DNA of 64,000 nucleotides, taken from contig QPMI01000225.1 of the NCBI GenBank assembly GCA_004431415.1, forward strand, positions 72,151 through 136,150. Reading direction: 5' to 3'. Made by a program: the position numbers and the translations under genes. Of this stretch, positions 25,285-36,588 are shown one piece after another (position 1 is the first letter of the stretch; each line of letters begins with the position of its first letter). A model generated the notes under the pieces. That model did no database searches, was not told the origin of the DNA, and worked only from the letters and a program-made list of their open reading frames with translations. This DNA comes from Cyanophora paradoxa CCMP329. Its lineage: Eukaryota > Plantae > Glaucophyta.

Positions 25285-28080
25285 ATGATCACCAGATTAT
25301 CTTTCCTCCTGCAGCTGGTTGCAGCTGCATTACTGGTCATGACATCGACAATCTTTGTCATTTTTATTGCATTTTGTGCTGCCGCTTCGGAGCCATTGTC
25401 ACAGGTGCGTGTACATGTACAAGCATTTTACATGTACATGAACGTGCAAGTAGCATAAACATATGCATCTTGCTCGATGGATACTCACAGGCCAGCCAGC
25501 GCAGGAACTTGAGGCCCCCGAAGAACTTCCTTCTCTCAGTGGAATCGGCGCCAATGTCAACTCCGAGTCTGCTTCAAATTTACTCAACTCCAGCTTGCAA
25601 TTGGTTACGGGCAGCAATGAAACTTGTTCTGTTGCTCGGATGAAACTCGCACATGGCAGATATCGTTGGTTGCTGGCCAATCCCAGCAGGATTCCTCGGG
25701 GGGTCAGCTGCAGTCTTCTATCTGCTCAATAAATATTATAGAACAATTGCAAGTTCAAGACAATCTGCTGAATGTCTCTTTTGACTCGCAGCTGTCGCAT
25801 ATGTGGCCTCGTTTCTTCGGTGGATCGATCCCGAAAGTCGAAACGGAATTTCTTCTGTCCGATTCTTTTGCATATCGTGGGGATGTCGGTCCTTTGTTCG
25901 ATGTCCTGACTGATTCTGCTCGAGCAAGTCTACTCAGACGCCTTTTCATCAGAATACCGTGCGTGCCTTTGTCTAGATCTGCTTTAACGTCGACGTCCAG
26001 CAACAGTAACATTTTGTGTCTGTGTACATATGCATAGGAGGACGTCTGACTCCGTCATTATTTTGGAAACCCGCATCCCGTCTGTGAAATTGCCCCCGCC
26101 GCATGAGCTTCCCTCGCGGTGGAGCGCGCTTGTATCTCTTCTCGACCGCTTGGATCCGCATGAAGACCACGAGTCCATTTTCGTTCTGCCACCTTCACTC
26201 TTGCTGCTTTCCAGTTGGGTGGCTGCCATGGAGAACTTCACCGTCGATTCATCTGACACATTCGGTTATAAGACCCGGACATGGCCGAGCAGGCTCCAGC
26301 CTTACGCAGACTTCGTCGGCAGCTCCATCCAAGTGGTCAGCATATCTGATCAGGGCCATGTGGTCGCATCGGCAGCCATCAATCCGAGACCAGCTGCAGC
26401 TGCAGCTCGCAAACGGAGCTCCACCGATACGCCCACGCACGACCTCGTTTTCCTTCTGGACTACCCCGACGTGTCTAAATCTGGGTTCTGCACAAAGCTG
26501 TTGCAAGGCGGCGCTCAATGTTCTCGTCGCCGCATTGAGGTCCTTATCCCCCGACCTGGCGCGCATCTGGATGAATTTGCTACGTCTCTTTTATCGCCTC
26601 TGTTCGCGTACTCGGTCCGGACCTGATATTCGAATATCTCTACATCTATTTCATGCTCAAGCAATCGTTATACAGTGATCATTGGCTGACTCTCTCAATG
26701 CTTCGAACTTTCTTTTGCGCAGGATGAAATTTCTAAGCAGGCACACCTGTATGCAACAGCGTCAGCAACCGCCCTAGCGAGCCACATGTACACAAACAGC
26801 TCGAGCGCCAATCGTCAAGCCGACCTTGATCTCGACATCGATGATTATGACTACGTATACGTCGCCTGCAACCTGAACGCTCTTTGGGTGATGAGTTGTT
26901 CGATTCCTAATTCACAAGCTTGTTTTACTGACGTGATCACGCTTTTGATCGCATGTGCATGACCCTCGCGATCGGAATCGTGTGCAGAGGTCTATGCAAT
27001 TGAAGACCACGTCTAGGGACCTCAAGGTCGCCTTGCAGTTGGAGTTCCTGCCGATCGACTCGGAGCCGAACGGCACTCCCCTTTCCTCGATAACAGCTGC
27101 GAAACAGGCCGAAGAGATTAAGAAGAGATTTATTCGCGTGCCGTGAGTGTTTTTGATTTTGGCCTGTTAACGTTTGAATTAATCCTTCAGCTTCTGAAGC
27201 TGAGATTAATCACAGGGAACATGTTGGCTTAAAAGGCGAACTCTTTGTTGATTGCGAGGAAACCTCGAAATCCTCTCTGGCCATGGGCTGTACCTGGCCC
27301 CTGCTACTGCCACCGCACATCTTCTCTGCGCAACTCTGGATCGCTCATACATCGTTCTTCCGGGACATGAACGCTTTCGTGCTCTCAAACTGGTTACAGA
27401 CAATGGCGACGACTCTGTGCGTTTCAATACAGCCGATAATCATCAAGGCGGACGGCAAGGTGCACAAAGAGCTGAGCTCGAGCTGCTCATGATCGGGTTC
27501 ATGATGATCATAAACGATGAGCTGCTCATCTTCTTGATCAGGTTATTGCTCAAAAAGTGGTCGACAGCACGGACGTCGGTGTCTCCGGATCCAGAACCGA
27601 GGAGCCGCGACCGCTGGTATTCATCCTGGCCTACGCGAGCATCGGATCCAGATCTCTAGCTAGTCGGGTATCGCTGGAGCTACTAGTCCCTCGAGCGTCT
27701 CCGAAGTCGCACATCGTCGTCGATCCTCATCTCGAGATGGATGGTCATAATCATGATTATAATTTCCTTTTCCCCCTCCACCCCGATTTCGACGACCTTC
27801 CACTCGAATCCGACTTCGCGTACCCTGTTCGTACCCTAGGCCTCCCTCAGGTCCTGATCCGTAATAGCGTGGATTTATAACTTCAGATACGCATACGTGC
27901 AGGTTAACGTTGACGTTGTGGATCAGGGAACAGATGTTTTATCTATGGCTCGTAAATCAGATTTCATGATTGTAATTTTCAGTCTGGCTGCTCTATGCTG
28001 CGTATACTTATTCGTCAACGTCAATGGTGCTCGTTATTGCTCGGACTTTGAACTTTCAAAATCGCTCCGATTGCTTTGAA
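25285..28080 (+). pseudogene. Low-GC, frame-disrupted putative secreted/membrane protein gene of unknown family
   Basis: Hydrophobic N-terminus MITRLSFLLQLVAAALLVMTSTIFVIFIAFCAAA, then several consecutive + strand ORF pieces that switch frame, and a TM-like segment FMIVIFSLAALCCVYLFV near 27963-28020. Confidence 0.45.
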
Positions 28081-28179
28081 ATGAATTTGCGCAGTCTCGT
28101 GCGCAGACAACTCGACACCCGCCTATTCCACTGATCATGATAATCTGGATCATGATCATCCGAGAGCGCACATGTACAG

Positions 28180-29690
28180 TGGCGAGACCGTCGCCGAGGT
28201 GGAGCGTAAACCCAAGCACATACGTATACTCGCACACACACCGTTGACGTTGGCAAGACTGTCATCGGTAGAAAAAGTGGATCGCGAGGTCTCTTGCAAC
28301 CGGTACCTGGAGCAAGCGGAACTGCTCGCGGCACAGCAAGAGGCGGCCGCGGCCCGGGGCGCCCTCGAGGAAGCACGTCGGGAGCTGGCAGCAGCCTCGT
28401 CCGAGCTGAGCCGCCGGGCAGTCGAGGTCGAGGGCCTGCGGAGTACGCTCTGTCACCAGCGCGACACGATGCGGAGCGCAGCCGAGGCGGCCAAGCGGGA
28501 CCTGGAGGTCGCACGGCGGGAAGCAGAGGCACTCGTCATGGGAGCGCGGGCCACGGCAGACGCTGCGAAGGACGAGGCCGAGGCGCGATGCAAGGAGCTG
28601 GAGGTGGCGAGGCAAGAAGGGGAGGCGCTCAGGCGCGATGCGGACGCTTTTCGCGCTAAACAAGCGGAGTGGCGGGGCGAGCTGTACCGTCTGAGGGCCG
28701 ATCTGGCGGTGGGCCCCTGATCACGACCTGTTGATTTTCGCCAGTGCTTTCAATTGAAACCTACGCTTCTGCAGAGGGAGCGGGAGGCGGCGCGGGCAGC
28801 GTTGGAGGCGGGGGCGGCCGCGGAAGCGCTGCGGGCGGAGCTGCAGGCTGCTCGGGACGACGCGGAGGCGGCGAGGGGGCAGCTGGAGGAGGGGCGGGGG
28901 CAGCTGGAGGCGGCGAGGGCGGCCGCCGAGGTGGCGGAGAGGGAGGCGCAGGCGGCCGCCGAGGAGGCGAGGGCCGCCAGGCAGGAGGTGCCCCCGATCC
29001 CCATCAGCTAATCCGCCGAACTTGGAGGGGGCTGTGCTTCTCACACGCGGCCAGGTCGCTTTTCTGCAGGGCCAGATCGCCATCGCTTCCCTCGAGCATC
29101 AACTCGAGATCCAAGGGAGAGCAAGGGACGCCTCGGCGCCAGCCCTCGGACGGCAGGACTCCGATCGGTCTCGGGACTCCGGATCCGTCCAGGCGCTGGA
29201 GGCGGCGCTGCAGGAGGCGCGTGCGGAGGCGGACCGACTCCGTTCGGCGTCGCTGGACGCCATCGAGGGGCGGCTGGGCGGGATGGGCACGGCAGAGCTG
29301 GAGGCGCTGCAGACGCGCTTGGCGGAGGCGACGGTGGCGGTGGCGGCGGCCCGCGTGCGCGCGGCGCTGCACGAGGCGGTGCTGCGCGACCGCGATCGCG
29401 ACCGGGAGTCCGTCGCGACATGCGTAGTGTGCGTTAATTAGTCCTGGCGGCGCCGGCCGGTCCAGCGCTAGCTGCCGGACAGGAGCCTCGCGCTTAAGCT
29501 TGACCTTGCATTCCCATTTGCCATCGATCCTGCTAACTTCGTGTGCACTGGCAGGTGCTTCGAGAGGGTGGTGGGGGTGACGCTCGCGCCCTGCGGGCAC
29601 ACGCGACTCTGCAGCTTCTGCGCGGCCAGCGTCGCCGAGTGCCCCGACTGCCGCGCACCCATCGAGGGCCGCGTGCGCGCCATCCTGTAG
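28180..29690 (+). CDS. Coiled-coil protein with C-terminal RING-HC (C3HC4) finger; may be the 3' part of the preceding locus
   Basis: Coiled-coil exons followed by the spliced TCVV|CFERVVGVTLAPCGHTRLCSFCAASVAECPDCRAPIEGRVRAIL* (TAG at 29688-29690). Confidence 0.82.
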
Positions 29691-29959
29691 CCGCCAGCTG
29701 CAGGCCTGAAGCTAGCTAGCGCCACTATATATACAGGTCAGCCATCGCCCAATTTACATGTACAGGCCTAGGAGGCCGCGCGCGGGGTACAGCTGATTAC
29801 ATGCCGGGGCTTGGCCATTGGCCCCCGCGGCCGGGGGCTGCTGATTACAGGCCAGCGGCCGGTGCCAGCGCCGGGCCGGGGTTTGAGGGGGGCCGCGCGC
29901 GCGCGAGGAGGGCCGCCTCGCCGAGTCGGGGGGTGGGCGCGCGCCGTGCACGTACGCGT

Positions 29960-31188
29960 GGCGCGGCCGCGCCAGGCCGCGCACCGCCGCCGCGCACCTC
30001 CTCGTCCAACGCCTCCCGCGCGTCAGCCGCAGGGAGGTCCGCCCCCGCTCCGCCCGCGCTCTCGCCCCGCCCCGCCTCGCGGGGCCGACCGCGGCGCAGG
30101 TGGAGCTCCGCGCGCGCACGTACGCGGAGGCCGCGCCCCTCGGCGCCCTCGGCGCCCTGGAGCGCGCGAAGGTGGAGAGCGAGGAGATGGATGAGCCGCG
30201 CGGGGTGGAGCCGCTGCTCGCCGCGCTGGCCGCCGGGCCCAGCGCCCCAGCCCTCCGCGAGTGGGGCCCCCTCGCCCGCCGCCCCGGTCCCATCCCCCGT
30301 GATCGCCCCGGCCCGCGCCAGGTACCGGTTCGTCTAGATCTGGGACTCCGACGCCACCCTCTCCGGCGGCGCCCTCCGCGCCCTACCCCGCCTCTCCGCC
30401 CTCAGAAGGCCACGGGGGGCTGGCTGGTGGTACCCCCCCGCCCTCACGTGCGCCCTCGAGCTCCCGGCCCGTCCCGACTCGCACCCCCCGCAGCTCGAGC
30501 ACGACGTCTCCTGGGAGGACCTGGCGCTCCTGGGGGCGTGCCCCGCGCTCGAGCTCTTCGGGCCCATCCGCCTCTACTCGCTCCTCCTCACCCCCGAGCT
30601 CCTCGCCTCCCTCACCGCCGCACTCCGGCGCTCGCGCCGCCTCGTCCTCCACATCAGCCTTGGCGCGTTGGCCAACGCCCGCACGGCGCGACCCCTGACG
30701 CGGCACTAGTACTAGTACTGGCAGGCTCGGTGCTGACGCCCGAAATTCTCGCGTGGGTCGCGTCGCTGGCGCTGGACGCCGGCGAGGGGCGCCTGGAACT
30801 CTCCATCCTCGCCGACGACTCCCGCGGCTGCCTACCCGTCGCCGCCGCCGCGCTCGCCGCCGCCGCCGCGCCCCTCCGCCGCCTCGAGATCACCCTGGGG
30901 TGCGACGGCCGATCCGTCGTCGACTCGGCCGAGAGCGACGCCGGCGTGGGGGTCCTCCGCCTCGCTGCCCTCGCGCCCTTTGCCGACTGCCGCATCCAAG
31001 AGCTCGTCGTGCGTCCCCGAGGCCGCATCCGCCGCCGCCGCCGGCCGCGGGGCGGGGCCTGCCTGCCTGGGTGACGCGCGCGGCAGGTGGCTCTCAGGGG
31101 CGGCAGGCCCGGGGTGCAGGCGAACGTGCGGGCCCTGCTCGCGGGAGTGCTCCCCACCGCCCGCGTCATCTCGAAGCGCCGCTTCTGA
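29960..31188 (+). pseudogene. Leucine-rich solenoid (F-box/LRR-family-like) gene fragment with no clear start
   Basis: Leu/Ala-rich exons (LALLGACPALELFGPIRL; PLRRLEITL; CRIQELVV) separated by introns. The 5' end is missing or degraded. Confidence 0.45.
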
Positions 31189-31952
31189 ATTCGAAGCCGG
31201 CCGAGCTCGCGGCGCCTCATGGAGGCCAGCGCCCGGGGCCGCTCTATGACTGGATCTTCAGTGATTAAAGTTTAGACTTGCAATTGTACATGTTCCGAAA
31301 TGTGTGCGGGGTGCAGCTGATTACTCTCCTCTTCTGTTTATAATTAATTAAGTTCTCACAACATCGAATATTATTTCCTTTTTTTTGGTGAATTACCGGC
31401 CACAGTCTCTAGACACCAGCACTGCCAGGCTGCGGGGGCTGCCCAGGGGGCATAAAGACAAAAAAGCAAAATAACTAAGACAAGAGCACGAAGAAAGATA
31501 AGACAAAGAGCCAAAATCGACAACAAAAAAGAAAAGACACAGAGCTCGAGACAGATCGAGAGGAGACGATATCGATAGATCGAGTGACTGATAGGAGACG
31601 AGAGGGACAGAGGATGACTGACACGAAGAAGCTTAAGAGCCAGAGCTAGAAATACCATCAATATCGGAAGGAATTACATCACTAAGAAGCGGAGGACAAA
31701 ATTGAGAAAGATAAATAACAGGAAGCAGACAAGTAAGAGGAACAACAAGACGACGCGGAGGCGGAGGCGAAGCAGGACGACGCGAAAGGGCAGAACTACG
31801 GCACGAGGTCGAGGAAGACACACTGTGACAGGAGGCGGAGCAGGCGGATTAAGAGCAGGCAAAAGGACAGTCATAGGAATCACTAAAGCAGGCCGGGCCG
31901 GGGTCGAGGCGGGCAGTCGAACTGCAAACGACGGCGAATATGTACAACAGGT

Positions 31953-32390
31953 TGTCGCGGGCGAAATCTTAGGCGGCTGCAGCCTTAGAGAATTTGCCGT
32001 TCGTAGAGACCCGGGTTCAATTCCGGCAGTTCGCTTCGGCGTACTTAGAGACTCGGGTTCGAATCCAGCGGCTCGCTTTTCATATGTCTGAGCCGTCTGA
32101 CCGGATCATATGATCTGATCATGAGAGCTTCGGACGACAGCGTGAGGGCTTCAAGAGCCCGGCGCGTGCGTGTTGAGAGGGATTTTGTCATTCCCGGAGA
32201 TCGGCCTAGTAGAGAGACTAGAGTAGTGAAACTCTGTCGGATCAAATCTACGAGTACTGTTATACTGCTGAACCTGCATCACGCTGGGGCCGGTCTTGCA
32301 CTCACTGCAGGTCAGAGTCACTCTATAACCTGTTGTCTAGAATCCCGTGCCACCCCTAGGGCACCGGAATGGGGGATTTCTAGCTCAACA
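31953..32390 (+). repeat. 5' LTR (438 bp)
   Basis: Begins TGTCGCGG and ends GCTCAACA. By eye it is identical to the 3' LTR except for two indels. Confidence 0.95.
32004..32080 (+). promoter_or_regulatory. Tandem tRNA-3'-half-like units with two Pol III B boxes and a T4 run inside the LTR (also present in the 3' LTR)
   Basis: GGTTCAATTCC at 32014-32024 and GGTTCGAATCC at 32056-32066, lying in two ~33-nt copies 42 nt apart, followed by TTTT at 32077-32080. Confidence 0.65.
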
Positions 32391-32393
32391 TCT

Positions 32394-32405
32394 TGGGGGC
32401 TGCTC
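32394..32405 (+). other. Primer-binding site, probably tRNA-Pro
   Basis: TGGGGGCTGCTC starts 3 nt after the 5' LTR. TGGGGGCT matches the start of the classical tRNA-Pro PBS. Confidence 0.6.
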
Positions 32406-33423
32406 AAACGCGAACGCTGGCTCTGCGAGCTAGCCGAGCGAGCTTCGCCTCGCGTTCATTTCATGCGCATAGTCGCTGTGCCTGCAGAAGTCGCCGTGCG
32501 CTGACCAGAACCGTTTCGCGCATTCGTCCAACCCCTTCCCGCTCGGCGCAACCTATCGCGGGTGAGCGGACGCTGCCGCCAGCGCCATCGCGCCTACGCG
32601 TTGCTTAAAGATGCGTATACATCCCTTTGCAATCCGTCCTGGGTCGCGACTGGGACTAGCGCTGGGCCCCGGACCCGGCGTCCGACGGTCGCTAGCGCGC
32701 GCGGCGCGTACGCGCGCATGCCGGCCGCCGGGCGCCACTAGCGACGACGTCGACGTCGCGGCTAGCCGGGCTAGCTCCGAGGCTCTAGATCTAGGCGCCA
32801 CGCGCGCGTCGCAGGGCTGATCGCCGCTCGCTCGTCGCAGCGTCTGCACTGCAGACCGGGCTGTAGATCGGCGGCTCGTCCGACGGTCGGCGCGGCGCGG
32901 CGCTGCACCTCGCGCGAGACCCGGATCCGCGGAGCGCCGCGGGCCGGATCCGGAGCGCCGGATCCGGAACCAGGGCGCGCGCCGGCATCCCGGCTGCGCG
33001 CCGGCGGACCTGCGGCCGGGAGCTCGAGCCTGCGAGCGCGTGCGCGCCGGTCGCGGGCGCGCGGCGCATCGGCGGGCGCGCTATCGGGGCCGGGGTCGCG
33101 GCGCGCTGGGCGTGTCGCGGCGCGCGCGGCGGCGCACCGGCGGGGAGGCTGCGCGCGGCGCGGTCGACCGTGAGCGGCTCTCGGCAAGAGCAGCCGGCGC
33201 TTCGCTGCGAGGCCGAGCGCACTTAAGCTTCTGTACTAGTGGAGCTAGTGCTGTCGCAAGTGAACTCGCAACTCTCAAGCCTCGTCTGCGACTGGGCGTG
33301 CACGTGCACACGAGTCGACGTCTGAATTCGAACTCAAGCTCAAGGGGCGCGCGGGCCTGCACTAGTACTGCGCGCGACGCGCGGTATCGAGCGGCGGGCG
33401 GACGTGTCTAGCTCAAGTTCTCC

Positions 33424-34599
33424 ATGGCTCCGAGTACACGGGGCAGGGGCGGCGGCCAGCGCGGCGGTCACGGGGCGGCTGGCCATGGAGCGCAAGTGCC
33501 TGCTCCTGCGCCTGCGCCAGCTCCGCCTCCGGCTCCAGTTGCACCACCGGTACCAGCTCCGGCGCCTGTTGCGGCCCCGGCAGCGGTAGCTGCTGCTGCA
33601 GTCGAGAACACGTTGAAGAACGCACTGGACGCGTTAACTGGCAACCTGGACATGCAAGCACGTCACCACGAGCTGCGAGAATTCAAGGAGAAAATTCCTC
33701 CTTTGACTAATACGGGTGTACTGTCGTGGGTCGAGTCGCTGGAACGTTTAACAATTTGTATCGATATCCGGCCTCCGACATACACAGAACCCGACAAGAC
33801 GTTGGCAGAGCTTGCACTGTCTTCGCTGCAGCGCTCGACAAGTGACCCGTTGCATGGATCCTTCTCGACGGCTGTGCTGGGTGTCATGACTACGAAGTCG
33901 GGCAACGGCGACTTGGACATGACGTCGTGGGCACAAATTCGTGAGCACCTGCTCGGCTTGGTGCCTGGCAACAAATTCGAGCTTCTGAAGAACACTATCA
34001 AGACGGCGGGACGTCGCTTCTCTGCGCTGGAAAATCCATCTGAGCTGGATGCGCAAGCCTTTATAAATAATGTTGATATTCTTCGTCGTCTACTGCATCT
34101 TCAAGATTCGTTCTCCGACGAGATGTTGATCGCGGAAATCATGTCGTCGGATTCGATCACTTCACCGTCAATGATCAAGCTCACGAGTAAAATTCCGGAG
34201 GGCTCCAGAAATAATCTGGCGGAGTGGAGTCGCGAATTCTTCAGTCGAGTTCGGTCGCGCAACGCGCTCGAGATTCGATTGCAGCAAGCAAGCACTGGCA
34301 ATCCATTTTCTACTGCAGCGGCAAGAGCTCCTGTTGCTCAACTTTCCGCCTTCCCTGATCGTCATCGCCTCGAGGAGGACGACGTCGACAAGCCCGACAG
34401 CAAGAAGCTGAAGTTAAATTCAAGTCAGGGCGTTGGACAACCTCGTTGGTGCGATGAATGCAAGAGCGGCTCGCACAACACTGCCGTCTGCAGCAAGCGA
34501 CTTCAACGGGAGTTGAACCAGCTGCAAATGCAATATTCAGCCTGTCAGCAGGAGCTCGAGAAATATCGGAGCTCCGGCAGTCTGGCGGGCGCGAAGTGA
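33424..34599 (+). CDS. gag: Retrotransposon Gag-like protein with CCHC zinc knuckle
   Basis: Intronless 391-aa ORF between the LTRs. CDECKSGSHNTAVC matches Cx2Cx4Hx4C. Pro/Ala-rich N-terminus. Confidence 0.85.
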   Translation: MAPSTRGRGGGQRGGHGAAGHGAQVPAPAPAPAPPPAPVAPPVPAPAPVAAPAAVAAAAVENTLKNALDALTGNLDMQARHHELREFKEKIPPLTNTGVLSWVESLERLTICIDIRPPTYTEPDKTLAELALSSLQRSTSDPLHGSFSTAVLGVMTTKSGNGDLDMTSWAQIREHLLGLVPGNKFELLKNTIKTAGRRFSALENPSELDAQAFINNVDILRRLLHLQDSFSDEMLIAEIMSSDSITSPSMIKLTSKIPEGSRNNLAEWSREFFSRVRSRNALEIRLQQASTGNPFSTAAARAPVAQLSAFPDRHRLEEDDVDKPDSKKLKLNSSQGVGQPRWCDECKSGSHNTAVCSKRLQRELNQLQMQYSACQQELEKYRSSGSLAGAK

Positions 34600-36588
34600 A
34601 AGTATACGCCATGGCGGTTCGGTCTCCGCCTGTGAAGCGAATTAAAAGACCAGCGGAGGAGGAATGAGGATTTATATCGTCGCGAAGAGGGGTGTGGTCC
34701 CTGCGACGTGGTGGCGGATACTTGTAATTTTCAGCTGCACTTCTCAAGTTGTGGGTGGAGCGGTGGCAGCTGCAGCTTCGCGGTGCTGGACTGCGCGCAC
34801 CTGCGACAGCGACGGCCTTTCTTCTGACATTGAAGGTCTGGATTGACCGTGACTTGATTATGATCATGACCAGGAGCTTGGTCTGGTCGGACTTCGAATT
34901 CGTGAATTTGTACAATTTGGAGAAGGCGTCGCTCCGATCCGGTGAACCGGCGTTCACGACCGAGGCGCGGACCTGCCCATGCCCTGGCCAGGATGGGAAG
35001 AACCCAGGAGGGCGCTGTGGACAGTCGTGAGCGGGACTCCGGGAGGACAACCGTGGAGGGCGGGATGCCCGAAGTCTCGCTCGAGGCGCGGACCTGCTCG
35101 TGACAGGAGGCCTAGGGCGCTCAGGACAGCATTGGACCGGTTGACACCCAACCGACGAGACCGGAATCGGCCCTGCATCAGACGGACGCGAGCTCAGCGT
35201 TATCGTCGCCGCGGGGTTACTACACTCAAGTCAAGCGTGTCTCGACGCGGCGTCGTCGAGATGCAGTCCGTCTCGGGAGGAGCGGGCTTGACTGACAAGA
35301 AATTTAAACAGGACGACAAGGCATGCATATGCGCACCTCCCATGGTCGGATGGAACCGGCCTTTGTCGTTCTCGGAATCAAGGAGGGGACTTGGTTGAGA
35401 CTGGACACCGTCTCGCCTCAGGTGGAGCGGGGGACGCCCTTAACCATCTGTTGGCTATGGAGACTGGACACCGTCTCCCTCGTGCTCCTGACCCGGCGGA
35501 GGATAGAGCATCCCCGGCGGACCTTCTGGGTCTTCGGACTCGACGTGCAACTGCACCTACCGCCGGCGGGCACACAGCAACCGTCACCTTAGCTGTGCGT
35601 CCGGCCGCAATTTAATGCTCGGGTCGAACGGCGGAGGATCTTGTCAGGCGGTTCGGAAATTACGAGCGGAAATTTTGGAAGTACTCATCGCGGCGGCGCC
35701 CGCGTTTGGATGTACAGGGCTTCCTCGTTTTTTTCGCCGTCTACAGATTCAGACGCAGGCCGGAGGGGCCAGACTTCGCCGACGTTGAAGGAGCAGCGGC
35801 GTCTGCAAGGCCAACGTCCACGGCAAGTCCACGAGGGCGCTGTCATTCCCAAATCAAGACTGCCCCTCGTCGAGAGAGTCGTGCTGGCGATGCTGGTTCA
35901 AGCATGGCCGCACCTTGCAGCGACCTCTCATTATACATACTTGCGTTTCTCGCATTTGCAACGCGTATGTATGCAGCTGTCGGCGTTCTTCATGGCACCC
36001 GCTGCTGGAGCTCGAAGCATTTGTACAAATCGTGTACATATCAGCCGCAGCGCGCGGCGAGTAAGCCAAGCAGCAGTACGCAGCTTGAGCTGTTCGATTT
36101 CCGATCGATACATCGATATTCTTATTTTAGAATATTGATCGTGATCGCGATTTCATATCGTTGAGTTTAGCTTGTACATGAGCTTCGAAAATATTTTCTG
36201 AGCTCTAGATGTGAAGCTTTAGTTATATTCTGCCAGTTTCTGATTTTCTCTGATTTAGGTAGTGCAGCCTTCGCGCTGCTAGATTTAGTGCAGCCTTCGT
36301 GCTGCTAGGGCCGTCAGGGCGTTAGAACGCCTCGGCCACTTTTCATTATATATACACGTCTTCTGAATTTCGCACGCAGGCATTTCCGAGGTTCTCAGAG
36401 GGCTTTACTTTTGCAGCCTTCAGTGTCGGATTTCGTATCCATATATATTTTCTGGCCTGACCTCTTCGTGGTACTGAGGTTTCAGGACCTGATTTACGTT
36501 TACATATGCTAGGCCTCGCATTTTGCTGCGACGAACGTCACGGGCGGGGTAGCAGGCGCCGAGGACGGCTTTTCTCTGCTGCGACGAA

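Noticed and set aside
31371-31661. 96-aa hydrophobic minus-strand ORF resembling a membrane protein
   Set aside because: It is a by-product of the T/C-rich strand skew, with no independent coding evidence.
31957-32034. Functional tRNA gene inside the LTR
   Set aside because: The D and anticodon arms do not fold convincingly and the T stem is imperfect, so it is treated as tRNA-like only.
34690-34830. Possible degenerate aspartic-protease motif after gag (VVADTC, or VLDC...ATATAFL)
   Set aside because: It needs substitutions or a frameshift to fit D(T/S)G and has no supporting downstream pol motifs.
35390-35485. CRISPR-like repeat-spacer pattern (also considered at 55909-55985 and 38270-38329)
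   Set aside because: Only two copies each, in a eukaryotic context with no cas genes; these are simple direct repeats.
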